DNA of 63,955 nucleotides, the filler included, from Thraustochytrium aureum (taxonomy: Eukaryota), in the NCBI GenBank assembly GCA_012862495.1. It is 6 parts of 3 records of this genome, joined end to end, with 100 filler letters (N's around TTAATTAATTAA, not from the genome) between each part and the next. Parts side by side here need not be neighbours in the genome. Positions count along the whole stretch, not along the records: positions 22,111 to 36,547 come from BLSG01000378.1; 5 more parts are not named here. The stretch is one strand, 5' to 3'. This document shows, piece by piece, positions 22,310 to 35,200 of this stretch (position 1 is the stretch's first letter; the number at the start of each line of letters is the position of its first letter). Below the pieces are notes generated by a model. That model was not told the origin of the DNA and searched no databases. It was given only the letters and a program-made list of their open reading frames with translations. The translations under genes and the position numbers were made by a program.

Positions 22310-25300
22310 ATGGACGAGATGCTGGCCGAGGCTGCGCTGCCGCGCGCGATCGAGGTGTTCTGCGCCGCGGAGAGCAGCGAGAGCGAGCGCACCGAGGCGC
22401 TCAACATCGTGATTGTGCAGGTGCACAGAGGCATGGTCGGTGGTCTCCACGAGCTCGTGGCGGGCCACTTGCGGCCGTACCTGACGAACGAGGAGCCGTA
22501 TGTGCGCATGCGCGGAACCAAACTTCTTGCGCAGCTGCTGCTGCGGCTCCCAGATATGAAGCTCGAGCCGCTCGTGATGCGAGCGCTGGTCAAATTTTTC
22601 GTGGACCGCTTCACGAGCGACTACGACAGCGCGGCGCCGTGCATCGGCGCGATCAAGGCCCTCGTCGATCTGCATGAGACCGAGATCGACCTGGTCTGGG
22701 TTCAGCAGATCGTCGAAGCCGTGCTGACCGCGCACCACGTCCCCGCCATGACGCAGTCGCTCCGCAGCACGATCTATCAGCTGCTCAACGCCATCTTGGA
22801 GAGCGAGCGGCTCCGCGGCGCCGTCCGCGATGCGTTCGAAGGCTCTGACCTCGTTTGCAAGTACGCAGACGCCATGGATTCGGAGAAGGACCCGCGCTGC
22901 CTCCTCGTGTGCCTGCGCGTAGCTTCCAAGCTCTTGTCGCCGCAGGTCGGGCTCCGCTTTGCGTCAGCGGAGGGCGAAGAGCGCGCCGTGTCGCGCGTCT
23001 TCGAGGTGAGCTGCGTCTACTTCCCCATCGTGTTCCGCCCGCCCAGCAACGACCCGTTCAATATCAAGGCCGAAGACCTCTGGGACGCGCTCCACGGCGT
23101 CTTTATGGCGCACACCCTCATGGCGGAGCCCGTGTTGGGCCTGCTCATGGACAAGCTCAACCTCTCTTCTAGCGAGGTGGCTATGGCCAAGGTGGACTCG
23201 CTCAAGACGCTCCAGACCTGCCTCCCGGCGTACGGGTGCATGCCGCTGTCGCCCTTCTTCGCCGCCCTTCGCGAGCTCCTCAGCAGGCTGGTCGTCAACG
23301 CCGAGCAGGCGAGCGTCGCCGACGAGGCCATTTCCGCTGTTCAGGTGGTGGCGGCCATGCTTGCCAAAGAGGAGGAGGTGCTGCAGACCGTTACCGGGTC
23401 ATCGGCACCGTCCGAGAACTGGGCCGACTTTGTGGGCGTAATGGTGAACGACTGCACCCAGTCGGTGCTGCGGTCTGTCGACTCGATGGTGGGGCGGGCC
23501 TCGGCGCGGCTTCTCGCCGCGATTGGGCGCTCCTCTGCGCTGGGATTGGCGGCGGTTCTGGAGAAGGCACTCCCGGTTGCGCGCAAGTGGGGGGTCCGCC
23601 CAGACGCTTCCGAGACGCAGCGCAGCGCGGCGTTCGAGTTTGTGGCGGGCATCGTCTTGGCAATTGACTCAGAAATTGACTATGCGCCTGCCAGCCGCCC
23701 GGTCAAGCCCGCTTACGCCCAAGCGCTATTTTCCCTCCTCATCGGCGAGGTACAGAGATCGCCCATGGAGATGGTTTCCACGCTCCCAGAGGCAGAATGT
23801 GCGTCCGGCCATGGTCACAGCCATGGCCCAGGCGCGCATGACCACGACCACGACCATGGGCACGCGCACGCGCACGACCACCCGCACAGGCGCCCGAGGT
23901 CGGCCTCGACAATCTCGCCGCTCGGGGCGAAGAAGATCGCTGTTCGCGCCCTTAAGGACCTCATCGTGCGCCCGCCTTCGCCGCTTCTTAGCGCGGAGCA
24001 AGAGCGGGACGCCATCGTGGCGTGGTCTGACCTCCTGGTGGACACCACCGTCGCTTTCGAAGACCTGGAGTCTGTGCGTAGCGCCTGCCTTGATGCCCTC
24101 GTTTCCACTGGCAAAGCGAGCGACCAGAGCGCCATGGTGATCTGCCAGGTCACGATACCGCGCTTGGAAGGAGATGCGGGCATGCTCGAGTCGCTCGCTG
24201 AGCTGTGCTCGATCCCCCAGGTCTTTGACGCGGTGGTGCCCAAGGTGGCAGACCAGGACAAGCTCACCGGCCCAAATAGCGCCAACCTCCTCCGGACTGT
24301 TGCTGCAATCCTGCAAGCAAACAGCGAGTACGAGCACGGCCTGCACCGGTGCTGTCTGCCGCTCGTGCCGGCCCCGGGCGACGCGCCGGTGCTCTTGCCA
24401 GCTTTGCTCGGCGCAATCGCAACGCGCACGCTTAGCGCTGGCGAGGCCGGAGCAACCGTCGTTCGCACGCTCACGCAAAACGTCAGTGTCGAGGTGCAGG
24501 GCCAGATAATGCGGCACGTCGTCACGACGCTGGGCTTCCTTCAGGACGACAAAGTCGGCCACGCCGCGCCATTCGCCGCTGCGGTTCTTGGTTCGCTTCA
24601 CCCTAAGGTTCTCGAAGAGGCCGACGTGGATGTCGGAAACGCGATCGAGCGCCTTGTTGCTGTCGCGTCGGGCGCGGGCCAAGAGGACGCCGCTCGTGAG
24701 CCCGCTGCGCAGTGCGCGGCGGCGCTGCTCAACAAAGTCGACTTGGAGGCGCCGCAATACGCCTCTCTCTTGAACAGGGTTGTGGCGTCGCTGGAGGAGG
24801 GGTGCGCGGCCGGGGCTCCGCGCCAGCACGAGTGCCTTTGTGCGCTTACGTGGGTGGCCAAGGGTCTGGCGATGCGCGCTCACCCGAAAGCGGCGGAGAT
24901 CTCCAGCCTGGTTCTCGAGCTCTTGCTTAGCTCGCCTTGCGATGCTCGTATCGGCGTGGATGCGGCCGGGTACTTTGGGCAAGTGATCCGTCCTTGCGAA
25001 CCCGTGCTGAACCGCAAGTGCCACGCCAAGGAAGGGCTCTTTTTCCAGCAGCGTTTCTTTAGCGCAAACTTCAAAGTCCTCAAGGAGCAGCTCGCGTCGG
25101 CCCCGCCGGGGGCCTCCAGCCGCGGTCTCGTTCTCCTTGCGGCTGTCCGGCTCGTCGAGTTTGTCCCCCAAGGTGTGCTGCTCCAGGACGTGGACAAGAT
25201 TTTGCCGCTCCTGACGCAGGCCGTGGCCGAACAGGCAAGCCCAGAGGTGCAAACCTCTGCACTGGCCTCGCTCTTTATCGTCGTGGAAAACGCGCTTGAC

Positions 25301-25578
25301 TCGACCGAGCCGTACCTGATGACGCTTGTGCCCGTCTTGTTGTCGCTGACTGTCGCTCGTGGCGGCGTCTTGGCGCGGCACCGCGCTTTGGCCATCGACT
25401 GCCTGCTTGCGTTTGCGGCCTTTCCGTACAACAAGATCCATTCGTTGCGCCAAAAGGTGGCGCGCGGACTTCTCCCGGCGCTGGACGACCCCAACGGGCT
25501 GTGCGCAAGCGCGCCGTGGACTGCCGCAACCACTGGCTCGTGCTCCAAACGTGTAGGCAAAGAGCATCCCTTCTCTAG
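22310..25578 (+). CDS. MMS19: MMS19 cytosolic Fe-S assembly targeting factor (HEAT repeats)
   Basis: MDSEKDPRCLL and YFPIVFRPPSNDPFNIKAEDL in the N domain; C-terminal ALDDP(K)RAVRKRAVDCRNHW restored by adding one base near 25492; exact stop depends on that correction. Confidence 0.92.
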
Positions 25579-25936
25579 AGAATGTCAAGCTATCTGCAGA
25601 GTTGCTCGTCTCGTAGTCTCTAGCCTAGAGTAGAGAGAATTTATCTACACACGCGCGCGGAGCGAGCGCGTCGGCGGCGCGCTTCGCCTTCAAACACGCT
25701 CGCCGTCGCGAATTTCCCCGCCACCCCGACACACGCTTGCAGCCTCCAGGCTCNNNNNNNNNNNNNNNNNNNNNNNNNNNNNNNNNNNNNNNNNNNNNNN
25801 NNNNNNNNNNNNNNNNNNNNNNNNNNNNNNNNNNNNNNNNNNNNNNNNNNNNNNNNNNNNNNNNNNNNNNNNNNNNNNNNNNNNNNNNNNNNNNNNNNNN
25901 NNNNNNNNNNNNNNNNNNNAGCACCTGCGCGCGGTT

Positions 25937-28900
25937 TCACTTGAGGAAGACGATGATGAGGACCACGGCGACGACGGCCAGGAGCACCACGCAGCAGCAG
26001 ATCGCCTGACCCGAGCCAGCGGACCGAAAAACCTGGGCGAAGAAGGACTCGCGAGGCGGGTCGGGCAGGAACGGGTTTTCGTTGGGTGGATCCCGCGCGT
26101 TCCCCACTGGCTGCGCCTCGGCGTGGGCCTTGGTGACCAGGCTCATCTGAATGTCAAGGTCGCCGCGGTGCTGACCTGGCCAATTGGCGTGCGAAAGCTC
26201 GACCCAGCGGCGTTGCCGGTCAATAACGTCTTCTTGCGCTCGCGAGGCCTGCCGCACCAGCGGGGAGAGGTCGATGGTGGCCTCCCCAAGGGCGGTGTGG
26301 CTCAGGAGCCAGCGCTCCCAAACCTTGAGCTTTAGCCGCGGGAATTTGCAGGGGCATTCCAGGTTGAACTTCATGCGAAAATTGAAGATTCCGCGGCCGT
26401 CCTTCAAGCCGGTGTGCGAGTCTGTTTCGTATGCCTGCCAGTCGTGCACGGTGCCGTCGAGCCCCTCGTAGTAGATCTCGCCAGTCAGGTAAAGGTTGGC
26501 GTACGTGTGGTCTTCGTGGAGAGGGACGCGGCGCGTCTCCCACAGAACGACGCGGAGCTCCCACTCGGAGGCCTTCGGAGCGCGAATGTCGACGATCGGG
26601 GCGTTGACGGCCTCTTCTGGGCGAAACATCTCGACCCACATCTCGACGATGCCTTGCGACAGCTTGGACCCTGGCGCAGAAAGCGGCCGGTACTCCTTGA
26701 TCTTCTTGCGCTGGAACTTGAGATCGTGCCACTGCGGGTTGAACCAGCGGTCTTCGAGGTCGATGGTCGTCGACCCGATGAGGTCGTCGGTGATGTAGTT
26801 TGCGTTCCAGATCTCCACCTGGAGCTCGTTGATGTCGGGGAACATGGCGTCCAACTCAAACCAGGTCCCAAAGAACGGGTCAAGTGTGTTGGTCTTGTAG
26901 TTGGCGCGGTCGTTGTGAAAAGTAGCGCCTCGGTACGCTTCCTTGAGATAGTGTGGCACGTTCAACTTGACAACAACATAGGGGTCGGACGAGTTCTGAA
27001 AGAACGACCGCGCCGAGAGCTGCGAGCAGGCGACCACATAGACGCGAACCTTGACGTACTGCTCGCTCATCGCCGTGTCCGCGATTGGCAGCACCTGCGG
27101 CGGCTTGCTCTCGGAGGCGATCAGGACGTCTGGGGAGACGTCAAGCGAGTTGAACGGGTCCTTCAGCGGGAAAAGGACGTTGCTCGGGCAAAGCCCCTCG
27201 TTCAGAGGCTCGGACTTGCCGTCTGGCCTGTAGATGACGCGCTGCACGTGGGCGACGGCTTCCTCCGGGGCGCCGCTGAGCTCGCCGTTGTCCTGGCGCC
27301 CCATCTCGATCACCCGCACAAAGTCGTCTTGCCGGAGCGTCAGGTACGGCAGCTCGCGCTGCGCCTCGCCAAAGACGCGCTTGCGCAGCACAACGCCGTC
27401 CCGGTTCGTCGGGGGGGAGACGTCCTCCAGAACGCGCTGCAACGAGTTGAGCCCTTCCTCATTGGGGCGGATCACCACCGACGCTTTAAAGATGCCGGAC
27501 TTGATTCGGTCCCCGGCCTCTTCGGTACCTCGGAAGAGCTTGAACGAGTAAAAAGGCAAAGGGCGCAACTCTTCCGCCGCCTCGAGCATGTTCATCCGGC
27601 TGTTCGCAGCGCGCGTCTGGTCGTCTTCGGCGGGCCACAACGCGGTCCCCGTAGCACCAGCGTCGCGCACAAACGCGGCGGTGTCTTGGCTCAGCGTCCC
27701 CGGCCAGCGCGCCCGGCCCGCCAAGGGCGACAAGAAGGTCTTCCGGGTCTTCCTCGACATTGGTGTTCATCTCCTCGACGTCTAGCACAATTGCGGAGGG
27801 CAGCGCGTAGTGCCCCTCCGCGGCCGCGTCGAAGATGTGCTCGTCAAAGTCCTCTCCGCCGGCCAGCTCGTCCTTTTGGGCGGCGCTAGCGGACCAGCCC
27901 AGAANNNNNNNNNNNNNNNNNNNNNNNNNNNNNNNNNNNNNNNNNNNNNNNNNNNNNNNNNNNNNNNNNNNNNNNNNNNNNNNNNNNNNNNNNNNNNNNN
28001 NNNNNNNNNNNNNNNNNNNNNNNNNNNNNNNNNNNNNNNNNNNNNNNNNNNNNNNNNNNNNNNNNNNNNNNNNNNNNNNNNNNNNNNNNNNNNNNNNNNN
28101 NNNNNNATGGCGCCTGCCCCAGCAGAAATGGCGCGGCTTCCCGTCAAGCCTTGGTCCCGACCAGTAGAACTGCTCTGCCCGCTGCGGGAGGTCGCTTGGG
28201 CAGCAGCTTCAGCTAGGCCGTCGGCCGCGTCCCAAGCCTCCTCTTCGTCGTCGCTTTCTTCCGCCGCTTTGCGCTGCAGTTCTTCCCGCGCTTCGGCCGA
28301 CATGGCAAAACGCGGGATTTCGTAGATGCGCTCGCGCCGCGCCGCCTTGCGCTTCATGGCGTCAGTGTACAGGTACTCGGCGAACTCGCGGGTGTTGACC
28401 GTCGCCGTGCCAACGACCTCCTTGCCAAACAACCGTCGGTCGAAGACCTGGACGTTGATGGACGGCGCGTAAAAGGGGTCCAACGGCATGTTGATGAGCA
28501 GAGTCTGGCGCTCGAAAAACGTCCTCAGCGATCGCTCGTGCAGGAGATCGTCATCCGGCGCGACCGCGCGCTTGCCTGCGGTGCCGGCCTTGCCGCTGGT
28601 AGCAGCGCCCCCTCCGTCGCCCGTTTCGAGGTCGCCAACCTCGTCCTCCGGCCCGAGCGGCTCGAGCAAAGACGGGTCTAAACCGCCGTCCTGCTCGTTG
28701 GCTGGACGATTCTCGCGGTCAGCGAGGGCCGCGCGCGTGGCCGCTCGCTTGGCGTCCATGTCGGCCTCGTTCGACCAGTGCGCGAAGCCCTGGGTCGACG
28801 CGCCGGGGTGAAACAGCTCCGGAAGTCTCGAGGCGTCATCGACATACTTTTCCAACAGCGAGAACACGAGCGAGTCGATGGCCTGGCGCGCGGCGAGCCA

Positions 28901-31800
28901 GCGGCTTGGTAGGTGCCCAGAATCGTCGAGCTCGGCCAGGAAGGGCGGCCTCGCGTAGACCCACTCGCGCTGGCTTGCCTGAAGTGCTGGCTCTTCTGCG
29001 GCGAGGTCCCCTCCACCTTTCGCCGTGTCGCTGAGCGAGGCGCCGAGTGGGCCGCCCTTCTCGCCGCTGCTCCTGTCCAAGCTAGAGCCGCGCACGCGCC
29101 CACGCGCCCTCGACTTATCTCGCGAGCCAGCTGCGGGCCCAACGCCCCTAGCGCCAGCTGCGCTGGCACCAATTCCTCGAATGTGCGAGTGCGCTGTGCC
29201 TGCTGCGATTGTCCCGTCGGCATTGCGCTGGGGGACGACAAGCTGCTCTACCGCGGTGTGCGACGCAACCGACACTGGGCCCGACATGTTGGGGATGCTC
29301 TGGACAGTGATCTCGACGTGCGGCTTGTCGATGGAGGTGTCGATAAAGCCAAACTCCTCGAGCTGGCGCAGGCCGACGGTGCCGAGGTGGAGCGCGCAAG
29401 GAATTACCCGCGGCCAGCGATGCACCCAGAGCGGCCGCAAGGGCACTTGGTCTTGGCGCACAAGCTCGAGCTTGACAAGGATCTCGCCGGTGCGGTTGAT
29501 CACGCTGAGGTCGTCCTTGACGTCTTTGCCGTCACGGAGCTGCAAGACGCTCATGACCGTCGCATTGCCCGCAGGGCCAGCCTTGCGGAGCTCGGTGAGG
29601 TCCAACTTGGCGAGCTGGAGCCAGCGTGGCCGCTTGCGCGCCGGCCACATGTCCGGGGTGCAGAGCGCCGCGGGGAACTTGACGCGACCGATATAGTCGC
29701 CGCTGGAGAGGTTTTGGGCATCGTTGACGCGAATCTCGATGTCCGGCGCAAGCGAGAGGGGTTCTGTGAGCTCGACGCTGTCGATGACGAGAGTCTCGTA
29801 CCAGACAGGGTTGAGCGAGTCGGGGATAGCGGTGGTCTCGCGCAGGTCGTCCGAGACCGTGGCCTCCCAGAGCGCAGCGACGGCTGCCGCTGCGCTGTTT
29901 TGGCTGGATCGGCCGTTTCGCGCAGAGCCGAGCGGCGGTTCGTCCGCCTTGGCAGACTCTCCGGCGGCTTTGGTCACTTTGGCTGAGGCCTGCAGCAGTG
30001 CGCGCAATTTTTCCTGGTGGGCGGTCTGTGCGACGCGGGCCGTTTTGCCGCCCAGCGTGACACGGACGCTCGCAGAGGCGAGTCCGCTCTTGTTGGTTGC
30101 CGAGAGGTGGCGGGCCTGGTAGATGTGAGCCCGTAGCTGGTACCGCGGCCCCGCGAGCGCGCGCATAGGCTTGCGAACGATCCCGTTCTTCGTGATGCCC
30201 TCCATGGTCCCAAACGAGGCGGCGAGCAGAATCTGGCCCGGCGTTGTGGACGCGCCCTTGCGGTTCACAAGTCCTCGCACGGAATGCCACTCGGGCGGGT
30301 TGTTGTAGCCCCAGATATCGCTGGGCTTGATCCGAAGGTAGCCGACGCGGACCGCACCGCCGACGACGCCCTTCACGTACACGTTGATGATGATGTCGTA
30401 AAGCTGAGACACCGACTTGCTGGCGCTCGTCCGGCTGAGCTGCGGCAGAGCGACCTGGATTTCGCGCAGCTGGCACGGCCCAACTGGCGTCCCATCGCTG
30501 CCCTCGAGCCCGCTGAGGCGCGCCTCTGGGGCGAGGTTTTCGCCAGAGGCGGTAAACCGAATCGAGTTGGTCTGGCCCGCAAACACGTCCGACTCGAGGA
30601 TGTCCGTAGGAAACTTGCTCTGCGTCGTGCACCAGTCTGAGGCGCGGCGGTTGTCCGCGGGCCCGAATTGGACCTCAACCTGCACCGATCCCGACAAGAA
30701 GGAGAGGGGGAGCTCGGAGCCGCGATAGAGGTCCAGCCAAAGCACATACTTCTCCGTCTTGGGGCCCTTGATAGGGGCGCAGGGGCGGTCTGCGTGCTGC
30801 GGGTTTTCGGTGAGGGACGTGTTGAGGCTCATGAGTATCCTGCCCATGTAGGCTGTGGCGTCCACGTCCGAGCTCGCAGCGCGCACGACGTCGCAGATCC
30901 AGCCCGAGCTGGCATTCTCTTCGTCGACACGGCCGTAAAAGTTGAACCATGACGGCGGAAAGGACTCGCCCAGGAGACTGGTAAACTTGAGCCGCGTGGT
31001 CGCCAGCAGGCGGTCTGGTTGGCCGCGCACATAGTCGAAGAGCTGAATCTCGATCGTGTCCGAAAAGCACGGCGTGTACACTGGCAGGACGAGGAGGTGG
31101 TTCCAATTCGGGGTCACCGTGTGGGCCTGGAACGGGGTGCGCGCCACGATGCCGTTGAACTTTACGACCACGAAGGGGTCGCACGTCTTGTTCCAGGTAT
31201 CCGTGATTGGCAGGTGCTCGCCCCTGAACACCTTGACGCTAAAGTTGTACCCCCGGCGCCGCACCTGTGGGTCGCGCAGGATGCGCTCCTCGCGGACCTG
31301 CTGGTTCATTTTGCTCGAGATAAAGTAGTCGTCTTGGCGCTCGTGCGCCGGCGGCACATCCCCAGGCCCAAGGACTGTGATCGTGGCCTGCAGGTAACCT
31401 TGCTCCTCGAGCGGGTTGGCTGGGTCAGTCAGGACGAGCCAGCGTTTGTAGACCTGGTGGCGGAAAGGCGGCGGCTGGCTGCGCACCTTGCTCAGGCTGA
31501 AGGTAAACTGCCCGATCAGCTCGTTGCGCAGGAAGACGTTGGCATCAATACTTGCAGCACGATCAGCTCTGACTCGAACTCCTCGATCGAAAGGTCCAAG
31601 TCTTCGAACATGAACACTTGGTTCCAGGTCGCGTTGATCTGGTTGCGCCGGATGTCGGTCGCCTGCCGCTTGCCCGCGACGGTCACGCGCACGAATGGGT
31701 CTGACAGGTGGTTGCTGTCCTTCCCCACCAGGTGCCTCGCCTCAATCACGTGCACGATCGCCGTCACGCGAATGCGTTTGTGCGCGTCCATCGAGTCCAT
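25937..31800 (-). CDS. Ferlin family multi-C2-domain tail-anchored protein; several frameshifts and an internal gap
   Basis: Multiple C2 domains (SDPFVRVTV, CDPFVVVKF, YQLRAHIYQARHL, SSDPYVVV, WELRVVLWET), FerI-like GYLQATITVLGPGD, DDLIGSTTIDLEDRWF, AEAQPVGNARDPPNENPFLPDPPR and a C-terminal TM helix; shifts near 31548 and 27697. Confidence 0.93.
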
Positions 31801-32289
31801 CCTCCCTCGCAGTATCTATCTCGCGAGCGGCCTCGCCCAGGTGCGTCACAGTCCGCGGCAGCGTCTGCAAGCGTTGACGCCGCCGAGGAGCCGCCCGGGG
31901 CGCCGGTGCCTCGACCTCGCGCCAGCAGTGGCCTATCCGCCCGAGACGCGCCGCTGCGCCGCCGAGCGCGAGCTCTCGAGCGCGCCTGCCTCGCCGCCGT
32001 CTGTCTGCGTCCCTGCGCTGTGGCGTTGCGGGTCTGCCTGCCCTGCTTTGTCCATCATGATCCCGTTATTCATCCTCTCTTCGATTGTCGCATGGTATCT
32101 CCGAGAGGCGGTTTCTCCTTCTCCCGAGGCGCTGGGTTTCCCCGCCCATCGTCGTTCTGCCGTCTCTCGCCTGCCTTCGTTCGCCAGCGACCAGGAGGCT
32201 CGAGCCGACGTGGAGTGCGTGGCCGGGGTGCTCGGCCACATCAAGCTTGAGCCTGGCTGCATCGGGGACTGGCCTGGATGAGCGGTCGC

Positions 32290-32364
32290 AACAACACCGA
32301 CAACAACAACACCAACAACAACAACAACGACAAGGACGACAAGGACGACGACGACGACGACGAC
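32290..32364. repeat. (AAC)n/(GAC)n trinucleotide microsatellite
   Basis: Visible imperfect repeats. Confidence 0.9.
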
Positions 32365-32486
32365 TGCGAAACATTGACGCAAGTGCCAATGCCGGCTTAC
32401 GATCCTACTCTGCTTTCAAAGAGCTATCTATCTATTCTTGAAAGTACTCGAGTATGGATTGAGGGCCTGCCGGCCGCACTGCTGCG

Positions 32487-33515
32487 CTACAAGCGTGCAG
32501 GTTGGGGCGAAAACACGGTCGTCTTTTCGAGTGTGGCCTTGGTGAAGTCGCCAAAGGTCATTCCCGGGCGGTACTGCGCTGGGAGCTGAGGAGCTTGGAC
32601 CGCAGCGGGGACCTCGAGGCGCTCGAAAGAGTTCGGCTGCAGAAAGAGCGCATACGTGCAGCGGCTGACGTGGGCCACCTTGGAGAATGAGACCGCGTGC
32701 GGCGTGGCGCGGAGCAACGAGCCGCTCTGAATTTGCGCGGCCTGGCCGATCTGGAACGCAATGCAGTCCTCCGGGATCTGGACGCTGACGACCGACCCGT
32801 TCCAGGTTGTGATCTCCAGACCGTCGGTGGCTGTGCGCGTGACGTTTTCGCCGGTCCTTTCGTCAAAGTACATGGCCTTGGTGAGGCAGGTGATCGATCC
32901 GTGGTCGCAGTGGATCCCGCACCATGCCGCGCCGTTGCCAGATTTGAGCGCTTCAGGGGAGGTGGGAAAGTAGTAGAGCATGCGCCCCTTGGAGCAAGCA
33001 GAGTCGGCGATGGTCTTTGCCAGGCTCACAGACTCGGCGAGGCCAGTTTTGTGAAGGTAAGCGTCGCAGAGGTGGGCCACTTTGGTCGCAGTGCCGAGCA
33101 TTATCTCGCTCAGCGACTGGCACGCAGACTTGAACTCCTCGTTGGGCCAAACGTTGTTCGAGGCGGAGAGGAACTTGTTGTTGTCATCGTTGGGGTGGCC
33201 CTCGAAAGGATTTGCGTAAAAGCTTCCTTTCGCAACGTCCACGGTGCCGTTGTCGAGGAGCTCCTTGCCGTGCGACCACCCAAACTGGTAGTTGAATTCG
33301 GGGAGCTCAAATTTGGCCTTGTCTGCCTCGCTCCGGAGCCCAAACTCGTGGACGAGCTGCAGCAGCCTCTCGCGAGCCTCCACGTACCCGGGCACATTTC
33401 TCACCACGAGAAACCCGAGGCCCTTGGGCCCGAATGCGATTTCGATGTCCTCCGTGTTGGCCGCGCTCTGCGCGTCCAGCCTGCCGTACTCGAAAACGAC
33501 GGGCGAAACCTCCAT
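32487..33515 (-). CDS. 2-oxoglutarate/Fe(II)-dependent oxygenase (IPNS/DIOX-like)
   Basis: AFGPKGLGFLVV, GWSHGKE, KGSFYANP, HxD in WCGIHCDHGS, distal His in LRATPHAV, RCTYALFLQP. Confidence 0.9.
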   Translation of the reverse strand: MEVSPVVFEYGRLDAQSAANTEDIEIAFGPKGLGFLVVRNVPGYVEARERLLQLVHEFGLRSEADKAKFELPEFNYQFGWSHGKELLDNGTVDVAKGSFYANPFEGHPNDDNNKFLSASNNVWPNEEFKSACQSLSEIMLGTATKVAHLCDAYLHKTGLAESVSLAKTIADSACSKGRMLYYFPTSPEALKSGNGAAWCGIHCDHGSITCLTKAMYFDERTGENVTRTATDGLEITTWNGSVVSVQIPEDCIAFQIGQAAQIQSGSLLRATPHAVSFSKVAHVSRCTYALFLQPNSFERLEVPAAVQAPQLPAQYRPGMTFGDFTKATLEKTTVFSPQPARL

Positions 33516-34756
33516 CGTCGCGAACCTGCAGACCGCGCCAAACGAGGTGCAGGCGCGAAGGTGTGCGTGACTCCGCGCGTCCCTCTGTCTGTCTGCTTGG
33601 TTGCTTGCCTTCCTTTCGCCCAGCTCGTCCGCGCGTCCGTTCGCAGCACCTGACCTTTGCGGGTCTGGGCTGTCTCTCTCGACACTCGCTCTCGGCACCC
33701 GCTCTCGACCAGAAAAACTCGCATGAGGATGCCGGAAACGCCCGTGACCTTTAAAAAGCACTGCCGGAATACGACAAGACGAGCCAGAAACCTTAGCGGC
33801 TACGTGCACGTGCGGGAAACGAAATGGCCGAGAATGTCAGGCAGGTCGTCAGATCAGAACAGATCTGCTCGTACGAGCCTGTGCGTTCGCAGAAGGTGCG
33901 ATAGTCACGCCGATCAAGGCGGGCGGCCCAGCCGACACCACTGCAAGCAAACGAAGCAGGGTAGGGTACTCTACTTGCGAAGAACGCATGAGCCAAGTCG
34001 CCCGCTGCTTCTGCCTGGGNNNNNNNNNNNNNNNNNNNNNNNNNNNNNNNNNNNNNNNNNNNNNNNNNNNNNNNNNNNNNNNNNNNNNNNNNNNNNNNNN
34101 NNNNNNNNNNNNNNNNNNNNNNNNNNNNNNNNNNNNNNNNNNNNNNNNNNNNNNNNNNNNNNNNNNNNNNNNNNNNNNNNNNNNNNNNNNNNNNNNNNNN
34201 NNNNNNNNNNNNNNNNNNNNNNNNNNNNNNNNNNNNNNNNNNNNNNNNNNNNNNNNNNNNNNNNNNNNNNNNNNNNNNNNNNNNNNNNNNNNNNNNNNNN
34301 NNNNNNNNNNNNNNNNNNNNNNNNNNNNNNNNNNNNNNNNNNNNNNNNNNNNNNNNNNNNNNNNNNNNNNNNNNNNNNNNNNNNNNNNNNNNNNNNNNNN
34401 NNNNNNNNNNNNNNNNNNNNNNNNNNNNNNNNNNNNNNNNNNNNNNNNNNNNNNNNNNNNNNNNNNNNNNNNNNNNNNNNNNNNNNNNNNNNNNNNNNNN
34501 NNNNNNNNNNNNNNNNNNNNNNNNNNNNNNNNNNNNNNNNNNNNNNNNNNNNNNNNNNNNNNNNNNNNNNNNNNNNNNNNNNNNNNNNNNNNNNNNNNNN
34601 NNNNNNNNNNNNNNNNNNNNNNNNNNNNNNNNNNNNNNNNNNNNNNNNNNNNNNNNNNNNNNNNNNNNNNNNNNNNNNNNNNNNNNNNNNNNNNNNNNNN
34701 NNNNNNNNNNNNNNNNNNNNNNNNNNNNNNNNNNNNNNNNNNNNNNNNNNNNNNNN

Positions 34757-35168
34757 TGACCTTTTGGGCGGTCCGGTTCCCGACGAGGACGAGGAGGATG
34801 TGCGCAAGCCTGCGGCACCGCGCGCAACCCGAGGGCGCGCGGCCTGTGTACGATTCTGCTGATGCGCGCGGTGGGGGTGTGGCTGACCTGCGGTCGGCAG
34901 CCTCGCCTCCGGCTTTCGGATTCGTGACGGCTCGCGAGCGGCTGGCCGCCCTCCACCGCCCGATATTGAGGAGCCCACGGACTGGGCGAACGAGGGGGGA
35001 AGCCGGTACCCGCAGAATGGGCGTGCAAGCAACGGCGGTGGGCTCGGCCCCTCGCTTGGGGGCAACAAGCGGCGCCGCACGTTCAAGCCGCCAGCGCGGA
35101 TCGGCGAGGACGGTGGCGAGCGGAACGGCGCTGCTGTGCGCCGCGGACCGGGGCCTGCCCGCCCAGTA

Positions 35169-35200
<32 letters not shown>

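Noticed and set aside
23726..25588. Long antisense ORFs (also 26414..27889, 40281..42020, 48945..50381, 50553..51488)
   Set aside because: Shadow frames of real GC3-rich genes on the opposite strand; no motifs
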